From: Bacteroidales bacterium
Lineage (GTDB): Bacteria > Bacteroidota > Bacteroidia > Bacteroidales > UBA932
Direction: 5' to 3'
Assembly (NCBI GenBank): GCA_024689985.1
Contig: JAILCZ010000152.1
Span: 1 to 50,342 of the forward strand
DNA: 50,342 bases
The translations under genes and the position numbers were made by a program. How positions within the stretch are numbered: position 1 is the stretch's first letter; every line of letters starts with the position of its first letter. Shown here piece after piece: positions 1 through 9,238 of this stretch. The notes under the pieces were generated by a model. It did not search any database and was not told the DNA's origin. It saw nothing but the letters and a program-made list of their open reading frames with translations.

Positions 1-2
1 AC

Positions 3-1730
3 GGTGCAGGTTGCGCTTCCGGCAAGATACTTTCCGGTTGCGGCAACAGATGCAGTAATAGTCGCAGTTCCTTCGGCAATAGGAGTTACGTTTCCGCTTG
101 CGTCAACTGTTGCAACGCTTGTATTGCTTGATTCGTATGTAACAGTACCGGTTGAGTTCGTCGTTGCGGCATTAGCAGTTGCGGCTGCGCCAGCCTTGAG
201 GGCAAGTTCACTCTTTGCAAATGTCACTTCCGTACCGATTGAGGTATAGGTGAAATGGTCGTTGTCCCAGAAGCCAAGCTCCTTTGTAGTGTTGTAAATT
301 GTAGGATAAACGATAACATCTCCGACAGATCCCTTAGGCACATAGAGTGTTTCCTTGAGCTGAGCGAAGAGCATACAGGTCGTAGAGCCCTGAGAGATCT
401 CGCCCTGACGGTCTGAGTTTGAACTTGCGCCCTTGCAGGTCTTGGTTACGGTTACGCTTTCAAGCTTGATTCTCCTTGAGAGATACTTGGCATAGTTGTC
501 GCCGGTAAGTTCTGCGAGTGTTATGGTAGTCTCCGGAATTGTCGCGCCTGATGTGACGGTAGCGTTTGAGTAATCCATTGACACGATCTCAGGGAGACCG
601 TTGTATTCATATCCGACACCATATACGAGACCGTTGATCTTGTCTCCTACCTTGAGGGTCTTTTCGTCGCTGTTGTAAAGCACGATGGCAGAATCTGCTT
701 CCTCGATATAATAGTTGGAGCCGTTGATGTACGTTACAACCGCATCAGTAAGCTTCACGCGATATGCTTTGCGAGAGCTTGACGTTCCGCCAGCAATTGC
801 CTTGACGATGCCGTCGATACCGGTACCGGTCTTAGCATCGAAATTGAAGTTTACGGTCTTGATCTTGCCGGATTCAAATGCAACGTCAGAGGTAAGAGTA
901 AGCTGCTTCTCATATCCGTTGACTGAAAGAGTAAGTGTCTGGCCGCTCTTTGCAGTGAATGGCTTGATACCGATATAGTAAACTGCCGACTCGCCCTGAG
1001 CGAGTGAAGTAGGAGAACTTACATAGGCATTGACAGTCTTTGATGCATAATTTCCAACGCCCACGAAGACAGGTGTGTCACCTGAGATATTCACATAGAA
1101 TGATCCGATGATTGAGTCCGTCGGAGATGTGAATGAGAACTGGCTAGGAGAAAGAGGGTCTGATGTATTGTTCGTCACAGTGAGGGCAATCACAGACGCG
1201 AGGTTCTTCATTGTCACTGAGACCTCCTTGCCGGTCACAGAGTTGGCATATCCGTAGATCGGGAAGTTCTCGCCTGCAAGATGTGCCATTGAGCCTGCGC
1301 TTGCAATAGCCTGAGAAGCGTTGTTCTTGTTACCAATTACGAAATAGCAGCTCTTGCTCTTTACTGAGTTGTACTTCTTGTTGAAAGGATAGATAAGACG
1401 CCAGTCATAAGCCTCTTCAGTACTGAGGGCATCTCCCTTGAGCATTCCTACGAATTTGTTTGCTGAAAGGTTGTCCGTATTGATCGTGAAGCAGCTGTCA
1501 TTTGTATAGGTTGCCTCTCCTTCAAGTGAGTGGAACACAGCGATCTGGTCACCTGCCTCCCAAGCGGTCTTCATAGAGCTGTTCGTCGTCTTCACCGCTT
1601 CAGGAACTGCGAAGAGAGAAAAATCTCCTGTCACGGTTTCTGGCTTGACTGTATCTGTTTCAGTTTTGTTACAAGCACTTACAAGTGCTGCGAGGGTAAT
1701 CAACCCCATTGCGAAAAATTTGGTTTTCAT
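3..1730 (-). CDS. Fimbrillin/Mfa-like surface lipoprotein with additional OB-fold-like and Ig-like (Big_2) domains; 3' end runs off the window
   Basis: Not in the ORF track because it is open at the edge. Hand translation from ATG 1730: MKTKFFAMGLITLAALVSAC-NKTETD (lipobox), VKT...TAWEAGDQIAVF (fimbrillin N-terminal motif), later VTYESSNTSVATVDASGNVT...GTATITAS (Big_2-like). Confidence 0.75.
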   Translation of the reverse strand, partial: MKTKFFAMGLITLAALVSACNKTETDTVKPETVTGDFSLFAVPEAVKTTNSSMKTAWEAGDQIAVFHSLEGEATYTNDSCFTINTDNLSANKFVGMLKGDALSTEEAYDWRLIYPFNKKYNSVKSKSCYFVIGNKNNASQAIASAGSMAHLAGENFPIYGYANSVTGKEVSVTMKNLASVIALTVTNNTSDPLSPSQFSFTSPTDSIIGSFYVNISGDTPVFVGVGNYASKTVNAYVSSPTSLAQGESAVYYIGIKPFTAKSGQTLTLSVNGYEKQLTLTSDVAFESGKIKTVNFNFDAKTGTGIDGIVKAIAGGTSSSRKAYRVKLTDAVVTYINGSNYYIEEADSAIVLYNSDEKTLKVGDKINGLVYGVGYEYNGLPEIVSMDYSNATVTSGATIPETTITLAELTGDNYAKYLSRRIKLESVTVTKTCKGASSNSDRQGEISQGSTTCMLFAQLKETLYVPKGSVGDVIVYPTIYNTTKELGFWDNDHFTYTSIGTEVTFAKSELALKAGAAATANAATTNSTGTVTYESSNTSVATVDASGNVTPIAEGTATITASVAATGKYLAGSATCT

Positions 1731-1753
1731 CTCGTTTTCGTATTAAGGGTTAA

Positions 1754-1906
1754 TTAAAATGAAATAGGGGTATCATCTACGGTCCAGTCATCAACTGATC
1801 CGGATGCTGCCGAGCAGACGTTGTCCTCGACATCCATTGACAGATAATTTACGGACGGGGCTACATACATTGCCTTGTCCGATTTGTTAAATAGGCTAAA
1901 TATCAT
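1754..1906 (-). CDS. Small 50-aa peptide with YxAP motif and acidic tail
   Basis: Hand translation: MIFSLFNKSDKAMYVAPSVNYLSMDVEDNVCSAASGSVDDWTVDDTPISF*. Stop lies 23 nt before the lipoprotein ATG. Alternative start at 1918. Promoter-like TTTG-N20-TAAATTTA at 1980-1949. Confidence 0.7.
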   Translation of the reverse strand: MIFSLFNKSDKAMYVAPSVNYLSMDVEDNVCSAASGSVDDWTVDDTPISF

Positions 1907-2014
1907 ATTATCAATCATCTAAATTGAACTTTATTATCTCGTAACTTGTAAATTTATTGATAATTATACTTTATTCCAAATCCCTCAAATACCCCTCTAA
2001 ATCCCATCTCGGAT

Positions 2015-3433
2015 TTACAGACTAAGGGACCAGAGGTTGTCCTCAATTAGTTTCTTATACTCGACGTAACCATCTGAGCCTAGAGTAAACTCCACCAGGT
2101 GAGTTTGAGCAGCGTTTAGCCCCATATCTACCATCTCCTTTCGACGTTCTTTCAACAAAGCGTCTTCTGATTTCGGGCCTTCTTCTTCAATTGCTCCAAA
2201 TTCTTTCTCATAAGCGTCTGCATAGACACAGATGTCCAGCGCATCTCCATAATCATCACTTCCCAACTCAAAGCGATGGCCATAAAACCGCGAGCACGAT
2301 GCCACGGCAGTACTTGTCTCAAACTTATCCGTCAGATAACAATAGCGGGATACCGGAACGATTGATTTAACAATGCCGTCCTTCAGATTTACCAAATACA
2401 TGGCACGGACCACCTTATAATCACCCCCATTGTCATTCCACGCACCATGAGTGTAAATCAAATAGCTGTCAACCTCCTTATTAAGATTAATACGGCCATA
2501 ATAATAGAAATGCATCCTGCGCCAGTCATAATCCATCTCCCTTCCAAGAACTTCAACTGTAGCGGAAGACAGTTCCTTCAGTCCGGCAGTCTTAATCTCC
2601 TGAATTGATACATTCAGACTGTCCAAATGAATCTCCTTCAACCTGGGCAATTCAGGAACTGCAAGTCTTAAGCCTCTGTAATTAAAATCTTCGTTCCACG
2701 CCCTCTTTCTGAGTTCACGGCCGTCATACTTGCCGTGTTCATAATCACTATAATCTTTGAACAGTTCACAATATGTATCCGCAATGGTCAGACACCCCTT
2801 AGCGTTCAATTCAACTGAAGCCAGATGACAATACGGGGAATCCCTGGAAGCATCACTGTTAAAGCCCTTTACATAAGATTTTTCATAGAGTTCAATCCTT
2901 GAGCCGGATATCTTTACATACCTGTGATCATAAGACACTCTTCCATACTTAGCATCTTTGGAGATGTCCATTATGGACTTCAGCGTATCATCCTTTACGT
3001 TTACAAGGAAAAGCCTGTCCTCAACAAACCCATAACGTACCTTCACAAGATAGCTGTCAACATGCCTGTCAATCCCGACCCTGTTCCTATACACTGACAA
3101 ATCTTGCGGCAAAGTGTTTTGCCGGGAGACGAAAGATACAGTCTCACCTAAATAATCCGCAAAATCTCCGTGAGAAAACAATGACTTGACAAACACATCC
3201 TTCAACCTCGCCTCTGCAGACGCAGACAAGTCCACGAACATATCGGCAGGAATCTCCCTGATATCAAAAGTGTCAGCCTTACCGCATTCCAACTTGGGCA
3301 TATCCTTAACGATTATCCCACTCGTTTCATAATTAACGAAACGAGGCATATCATACACGTTATCCCACTTAGTCTGAGAATCACCCTGCTGCAGCAATCC
3401 GCTCAGCGACAATGCTACAATACAACAAATCAT
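2015..3433 (-). CDS. Hypothetical exported protein, divergent member (A) of a five-gene paralog array
   Basis: 472 aa with two internal copies of the DSYL(V/I)...(L/M)(F/Y)LVN.KD...KSI motif shared with the four upstream genes. Confidence 0.8.
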   Translation of the reverse strand: MICCIVALSLSGLLQQGDSQTKWDNVYDMPRFVNYETSGIIVKDMPKLECGKADTFDIREIPADMFVDLSASAEARLKDVFVKSLFSHGDFADYLGETVSFVSRQNTLPQDLSVYRNRVGIDRHVDSYLVKVRYGFVEDRLFLVNVKDDTLKSIMDISKDAKYGRVSYDHRYVKISGSRIELYEKSYVKGFNSDASRDSPYCHLASVELNAKGCLTIADTYCELFKDYSDYEHGKYDGRELRKRAWNEDFNYRGLRLAVPELPRLKEIHLDSLNVSIQEIKTAGLKELSSATVEVLGREMDYDWRRMHFYYYGRINLNKEVDSYLIYTHGAWNDNGGDYKVVRAMYLVNLKDGIVKSIVPVSRYCYLTDKFETSTAVASCSRFYGHRFELGSDDYGDALDICVYADAYEKEFGAIEEEGPKSEDALLKERRKEMVDMGLNAAQTHLVEFTLGSDGYVEYKKLIEDNLWSLSL

Positions 3434-3446
3434 ATCTATTTCTTAT

Positions 3447-4784
3447 TTAATTAAATTCTAAAAAACCATCTTTGTCCAAGTATACTTCGTAATGACTTCC
3501 TTCTGGATAACTTAACAGGCGCTCCTTATATTGATTCATATTTGTTCCCTTTTTCACGATGGAGTCCCATAACAAATCATCAACACATTCGACATACAAC
3601 GTCAAAGGAGACGAAGCATTATTACCATACTCAAGATTGACCGACAACCACCCTTTGTGACATTCTGAACGTCGATAAAGCAGACCATTATAAACATCTC
3701 TATACCCAATAGAAGAGACCCTAACGACAGAAGTTAAACGATTGTCTTTGAAGTTTATCATAAATACTCTTGGGTCTATATCTAAGTCGACACTAATTGA
3801 CAAGACCAAATATGAAATAACAGAATCCTGACAATGTACCCAGCCAAGCCAATAATAATAATTGTTCTTCCAATTCTCACGAGACAGGGCAGGGCCAAGC
3901 ACGGCGGTTTCTTTTGGGTTTAAAGCCATTGTAGGAGTTACCCTGATTCTTTTTATATCAATCTTTCTACCAAGCTTAGTCCGACACCGAGGCATAGTGG
4001 ACAAAACAATTCCTTCCGTCTTATAATTTGAATACAAAACAGTGTCCGATAAACTATATCTTGAGGCAAGCCAGGGATTATCCAGATAATCAGGTGCAGA
4101 ATTATGTTTTATTTGCGGATATAGCAAGGCATAATTCTGTTGCACGGATAAGAAGCCTTGATTGTTAACGCTAATCTTTGTCAAACGCCTTCTTCTACCT
4201 TCACACCATTGTTTTTCCAGATTACCCTCCAGCATACTACGATAAGTCCTACCATAGAACACCAAAGAGCCACCTTGCAAGTAAGCATCCATTTCAGTGT
4301 ATTCCGTGGACAAACACAAAACCGATTTAAGGCATCCATCCTTAACATTCAACAGATAGAGTTGAGGCGAACACTGCCTATCATCAATTCCCGTCACATA
4401 AACAAGATAACTATCTATCTGATTTGATATTAATATTCGCTTGTTATAGAGCCCCAATCTAATACGTCCACGATTATCCCTATTATTGACCCAGTAATGA
4501 TACTCCATATTATCAATAATATCAAATCTAAGCAATGAATCGAGGACTGAATACGTCGACTCTCCCATGAGGATAAGAGATGACGATTGAATATCTTTGA
4601 GTTCTATTCGATTATACACTCCCAACGGAAGTGAAGGCAAATCTCCTATCTCAATATTCTGTCCTTCGTAATTATAATAGAATGGGGCAAGATAATACTC
4701 GTTCCACTTAACCCTGGCGTAACCACTAACGGAAGAAAATAACATCACAAATAATGATGTTATTGTAATCATTTTATTTAACAT
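3447..4784 (-). CDS. Hypothetical exported protein, paralog B
   Basis: 445 aa; signal peptide MLNKMITITSLFVMLFSSVSGYA; duplicated SYLV...LxN domain; C-terminal LDKDGF. Confidence 0.85.
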   Translation of the reverse strand: MLNKMITITSLFVMLFSSVSGYARVKWNEYYLAPFYYNYEGQNIEIGDLPSLPLGVYNRIELKDIQSSSLILMGESTYSVLDSLLRFDIIDNMEYHYWVNNRDNRGRIRLGLYNKRILISNQIDSYLVYVTGIDDRQCSPQLYLLNVKDGCLKSVLCLSTEYTEMDAYLQGGSLVFYGRTYRSMLEGNLEKQWCEGRRRRLTKISVNNQGFLSVQQNYALLYPQIKHNSAPDYLDNPWLASRYSLSDTVLYSNYKTEGIVLSTMPRCRTKLGRKIDIKRIRVTPTMALNPKETAVLGPALSRENWKNNYYYWLGWVHCQDSVISYLVLSISVDLDIDPRVFMINFKDNRLTSVVRVSSIGYRDVYNGLLYRRSECHKGWLSVNLEYGNNASSPLTLYVECVDDLLWDSIVKKGTNMNQYKERLLSYPEGSHYEVYLDKDGFLEFN

Positions 4785-4809
4785 AGTTTACCAATGGTTG
4801 TTGCACTCC

Positions 4810-6159
4810 CTACTGCCGTGTGACAAATCCGTCTTTATCCAATAGCAGCACGTACTTGCTTGATTTCGGCATATTTGCTTCGTACAAGTTGAAATCATGT
4901 ATCACATCATCCTCTTCTTTCATATCATATGGTTCATAATCAACAATAACACTGTATTTCTCTTCGGAATAATCGCGGACGACCTTCATCGGAGAGACTG
5001 CCTTTTCACCATAGTCATTGAAAACGGTAATACTTCCACAACGACATAAAGAATGTCTATATTGATAACGGTTTCTCATCCTGTCAATAAGAGACGCATT
5101 AACCACAGAAGTCATACGATAACCATTAAAATTAACCAAAAACAATCTTGGATTTCCATATCCACTGACGGGATTTACCAATACAAGGTATGACTTAAGG
5201 CCTCTCCTACAATGAACCCGTTTAAGCCAGAAGAAGACATTCCCTGTCCAATTATCCATACACAATGCAGGGCCTATTAACTCAGCTTCCTCTCGAGTAA
5301 AACAGGATAACGGAGTAGAGATAACCTTCTTAATATCAATCCTACGGCCAAAAACATTGTGGCATTTCGGCAAATCTGAAAGGACTATATCATTACTACT
5401 ATAATTGACATATTCCAACGTATCGGATTGCCTCATTCTTGATAATGAATCGAGAATACTACTATCACATTTTGGAAAACTGCGCTTATCGCGAGGGATA
5501 ATCAGACTATGATTCTTAATAACAGACAAGCGCCCATTTTCATCCATTTGAAAATCTGTCAAATGACGAGATTGATTGGAAACATATCTCCATCCGACAT
5601 TGACTAATGAGCAGTATCCGTTTTCAAACAAACTAATTCTTCCCTTACGAATAACGGCTGTCAAAGCATCAATTTTCTCAATTGAAACACGACCGGAGAT
5701 TAACATTATCGACTGGAGGCAGCCATTCTTCATGTTTACAAGAAACATCGTTGGAGTATAAGTAAACCCAAGTGTATAAACCAAATAGCTGTCGATTGTC
5801 TTAATAATCTCAATTCGTTTGTTTAAAACATTGAATACTAAAGAATCATGAGCATATCCATCACGAAGGAGCCAGTAAAGACCCGGTTCCTTAAGCGATT
5901 CTCGCAGCAAAGAGTCCAGAGTTCTAGACAATGTTTGCCCCACCGGCATGAGGGACGAGGGGTTAATGTTTCTTACATCAACCCTGTCAATCTTCTGTGA
6001 TGGAAGCGATGGCAAATCTTTAAGGACAATGTGTTGTCCCTCATAATTGAAATATATTATTTCCTCGTGGTACTCGTTCCACTTCACTCTCGCAAAACAA
6101 CCAATTGAGGAGAATAACATCAGTATCAATGATGTAATTATTGCCATTCTATTCAGCAT
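4810..6159 (-). CDS. Hypothetical exported protein, paralog C
   Basis: 449 aa; signal peptide; C-terminal half highly similar to paralog E. Confidence 0.85.
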   Translation of the reverse strand: MLNRMAIITSLILMLFSSIGCFARVKWNEYHEEIIYFNYEGQHIVLKDLPSLPSQKIDRVDVRNINPSSLMPVGQTLSRTLDSLLRESLKEPGLYWLLRDGYAHDSLVFNVLNKRIEIIKTIDSYLVYTLGFTYTPTMFLVNMKNGCLQSIMLISGRVSIEKIDALTAVIRKGRISLFENGYCSLVNVGWRYVSNQSRHLTDFQMDENGRLSVIKNHSLIIPRDKRSFPKCDSSILDSLSRMRQSDTLEYVNYSSNDIVLSDLPKCHNVFGRRIDIKKVISTPLSCFTREEAELIGPALCMDNWTGNVFFWLKRVHCRRGLKSYLVLVNPVSGYGNPRLFLVNFNGYRMTSVVNASLIDRMRNRYQYRHSLCRCGSITVFNDYGEKAVSPMKVVRDYSEEKYSVIVDYEPYDMKEEDDVIHDFNLYEANMPKSSKYVLLLDKDGFVTRQ

Positions 6160-6187
6160 GATCCACCGATTAAAAAAAACAATGACA

Positions 6188-7447
6188 CTACTTGCGCGTC
6201 AAATACCCATCCTTATCTAAAAGCATCACATTTTGTCTTTCCTTTGGAGTATAACCAATAAAATGGGGGCCAAGGATAACATCACCCATGCTTATAATTA
6301 CTTCATCTTCATATTTGGTATGCATTCTAAGCTTCCCAACTCCAAGAGTCGAATAACTGTGAACTAAATAATCAGATTCTATTCCCAGTGAAGACACTCG
6401 AGCAAATGACGTTAATCGAGAGTTTTTAAAATTAACTAAAAATACGCCAGGATTTTCCGTCATATTTGCAGAGATTGCCAGCACAAGAATTGATTTTACA
6501 CGTTTCTGACAATGAACTTCATTAAGCCAGTATATACTATAACAGCCCCACTTGTTTTCAAAAAGCGCAGGCCCTATTGTTTTCGCATCTAAGGCACTAA
6601 GGGGAGTCGTTGGCATAGTTTGAATTCGCTTAATATCTATCCTTCTCCCCCAAAAAAGCTTAATATGGGGGAATGATGACAGAACTATTCCTCCATTCCT
6701 AAAATTCATAGTCAATATTCCGTCAGCTTTCTTGATAGTATTTGTTCCCGAAAGATAATTCTCATCATAAAACGAAGAATCAACATAATATCTATTTGAT
6801 GGATACAATAACGTATATGTTCGTTCCAGTGACAAAAGGCCATCCTTATTTAGCCCGATCCTTGCTGTACGTTTCCCCAAATCTTCGTCAAATCCAATGT
6901 TACCACATACAATGCTATAATATCGATTCCCAAACAAATCAAGACCATGACCATTCCGATGAAGTATCACCCACGATTTGGCCATGTTGTGACGGTCAAA
7001 GTAGGAAACCAACATTACGGATTTCAGGTAACCATTTTGAACATTGACTAAATAAAGAAGAGACTTTTTATCAATTCCTAAAGAATATACTAAATAGCTT
7101 TCAACCGATTTATCAATTGTAATACAGTCTTTATATAACTTATAATCCAACGGCACAGAAGGCTCTCCAACTAACATCCTATCCACTCTAATTAACGAAT
7201 CAAGAACAACCGACGACGATGATTTCATTGGAATCCAAGATGATAACGAGCCAATGTGCTCACAATCAATCCGACTCATTGCTCTCGATGGCAATACTGG
7301 TAGATCCTTCATTAGAATCCTCTTGTTCTCATAATTACGATAAATCGGTTCCTCATAATACTCGTTCCACTTCCCTCTCGCAAAACAACCAATTGAGGAG
7401 AACAACATCATTATCAATGATGCTATTATTGTCATTCTATTCAGCAT
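6188..7447 (-). CDS. Hypothetical exported protein, paralog D
   Basis: 419 aa; N-terminus like C, C-terminus (LLDKDGYLTRK) identical to E. Confidence 0.85.
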   Translation of the reverse strand: MLNRMTIIASLIMMLFSSIGCFARGKWNEYYEEPIYRNYENKRILMKDLPVLPSRAMSRIDCEHIGSLSSWIPMKSSSSVVLDSLIRVDRMLVGEPSVPLDYKLYKDCITIDKSVESYLVYSLGIDKKSLLYLVNVQNGYLKSVMLVSYFDRHNMAKSWVILHRNGHGLDLFGNRYYSIVCGNIGFDEDLGKRTARIGLNKDGLLSLERTYTLLYPSNRYYVDSSFYDENYLSGTNTIKKADGILTMNFRNGGIVLSSFPHIKLFWGRRIDIKRIQTMPTTPLSALDAKTIGPALFENKWGCYSIYWLNEVHCQKRVKSILVLAISANMTENPGVFLVNFKNSRLTSFARVSSLGIESDYLVHSYSTLGVGKLRMHTKYEDEVIISMGDVILGPHFIGYTPKERQNVMLLDKDGYLTRK

Positions 7448-7474
7448 AATCCACCGATTTAAAAAACAATGACA

Positions 7475-8848
7475 CTACTTGCGCGTCAAATACCCATCCT
7501 TATCCAATAGCAGCACGTACTTGCTCGATTTAGGCATATTTGATTCGTACAAATTAAAATCATGTATCACATCATACTTCTCATCAATATCAGTTAGCTT
7601 AATATCCTCCATTATTTCGTACTTGCAATCGTAATAATCACGCACGACCTTCATCGGAGAGACTGCCTTTTCACCATAGTCATTGAAAACGGTAATACTT
7701 CCACAACGACATAAAGAATGTCTATACTGATAACAGTCTTTCTGCCCCCCAATAAGAGAAGCATTAACCACAGAAGTCATACGATGCTCATTAAAATTGA
7801 CCAAAAACAATCTTGGGTTTCCATATCCACTGATGGGATTTACCAATACAAGGTATGATTTAAGACCTCTCCTACAATGAACCCTTTTAAGCCAAAAGAA
7901 TACATTCTCTGTCCAATTCTCTTGACACAGTGCAGGGCCTATTAACTCAGTTTCCTCTTGAGTAAAACGGGATAGCGGTGTAGAGATAACCTTCTTAATG
8001 TCAATACTACGGCAAAAACCACTGTGGCATTTCGGCAAATCTAAAAGGACTATATCCTTACTATTATAATTGGCATAATCCAACGTATCAGATTGAAACA
8101 TTCTTCTTAATGAATCGCCATAAGCCTTACATAATAAGGGAAAAGAGTGTTTTTCGCGAGGGATAAACAGACTATGATTCTTAATAACAGAGAAGCGCCC
8201 ATTTTCATCCATTTGAAAATCTGTCAAATGACGAGATTGATTGGAAACATACCTTTGAACATTAACCTTGGAGCGATAACCGTTCTCATATAAACCAATC
8301 TTGTCCCCTTGAATTGTTGCCGTCAACGCATCCTTCCTCTCTATTGAAACACGGCCGGACACCTGTAAGATAGATTGAAGATAACCATTTCGTAAATTTA
8401 TAAGGAACACCGTAGAATCACCGCTAAAGTCCAACGCACAAACTAAATAACTATCAACTCCATTCTTTATTTCTATCCGTTTATCAAACAATTTAAAAAC
8501 CAAAGAATCACCATGAAGAAACATATCGGGATACATAGGATAAAACTCAAGGAATAAATGATAATGTAGATTTCTTGAGTTCATCTCCTTCCTTAATAAG
8601 GAATCCAAGATGGCAGACGACACCTGCCCCAAAGAGATAACGAACGAGGATTGGATATCCCTTATATCAACCCGCTTCAGTTCATCCAAAGGCAGGGACG
8701 GCATATCTTTCAAGACAATGTTCTGTCCCTCATAGTTGAAATAAATTATTTCCTCGTGGTACTCGTTCCACTTAACCCTGGCGTAACCACTAACGGAAGA
8801 AAATAACATCACAAATAATGATGTTATTGTAATCATTTTATTTAACAT
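7475..8848 (-). CDS. Hypothetical exported protein, paralog E (first gene of the array)
   Basis: 457 aa; first 89 nt identical to paralog B. Confidence 0.85.
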   Translation of the reverse strand: MLNKMITITSLFVMLFSSVSGYARVKWNEYHEEIIYFNYEGQNIVLKDMPSLPLDELKRVDIRDIQSSFVISLGQVSSAILDSLLRKEMNSRNLHYHLFLEFYPMYPDMFLHGDSLVFKLFDKRIEIKNGVDSYLVCALDFSGDSTVFLINLRNGYLQSILQVSGRVSIERKDALTATIQGDKIGLYENGYRSKVNVQRYVSNQSRHLTDFQMDENGRFSVIKNHSLFIPREKHSFPLLCKAYGDSLRRMFQSDTLDYANYNSKDIVLLDLPKCHSGFCRSIDIKKVISTPLSRFTQEETELIGPALCQENWTENVFFWLKRVHCRRGLKSYLVLVNPISGYGNPRLFLVNFNEHRMTSVVNASLIGGQKDCYQYRHSLCRCGSITVFNDYGEKAVSPMKVVRDYYDCKYEIMEDIKLTDIDEKYDVIHDFNLYESNMPKSSKYVLLLDKDGYLTRK

Positions 8849-8927
8849 GATTCACCAATTTAAGGGTGACACGATTTTTTAATAGGGTTTATAAAAGTAT
8901 AGGTTAATTAAAAACTATTAATCTCTC

Positions 8928-8958
8928 CAAAATTACCAAATTGTTTCATTAGAACAAA
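8928..8958 (-). promoter_or_regulatory. Bacteroidetes sigma70 promoter for the paralog array
   Basis: Minus strand TTTG (8958-8955), 19-nt spacer, TAATTTTG (8935-8928), matching the -33/-7 consensus. Confidence 0.6.
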
Positions 8959-8984
8959 CGAAATAAAAAAAAGACCGAAGATTG

Positions 8985-9165
8985 TGATGTGCCCCCCAAA
9001 AGTTGGACGGTTTAACATTAGTTACGAGGCCTTAGATTGGAACAGAGCTCGGTATTGTACCGGGCTCTTTCCATTTAGCCTCAGCTTGATTCCATCATTA
9101 TTGTAATATCGGATATATGTCCGAAGAGCAGCCTTGAACTGATCAATAGAGTCCCATTCTTGCAA
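8985..9165 (-). mobile_element. IS3-family right-end remnant (terminal IR plus last ~47 codons of transposase)
   Basis: Minus frame 9165-9022 reads LQEWDSIDQFKAALRTYIRYYNNDGIKLRLNGKSPVQYRALFQSKAS*, a typical IS3 OrfB C-terminus. Terminal TGATGTGCCCCCCAAAAGTTGGAC at 8985 resembles IS3/IS150-group inverted repeats. Confidence 0.85.
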
Positions 9166-9238
9166 ATCAAGCACATTAGGAGCAATCTTTCCCAATTCTC
9201 CCTTGTATGAATGATAGTGTTGCTTCTTTCGTTTCGCT

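Noticed and set aside
1978-2016. ATCCC-containing repeats as a further copy of the iron operator
   Set aside because: Only partial left half-sites with no TAGGGAT arm at the correct spacing.
2015-8848. Diversity-generating retroelement or integron cassette array
   Set aside because: No reverse transcriptase or integrase, no adenine-specific TR/VR pair seen, and spacers are too short for attC sites.
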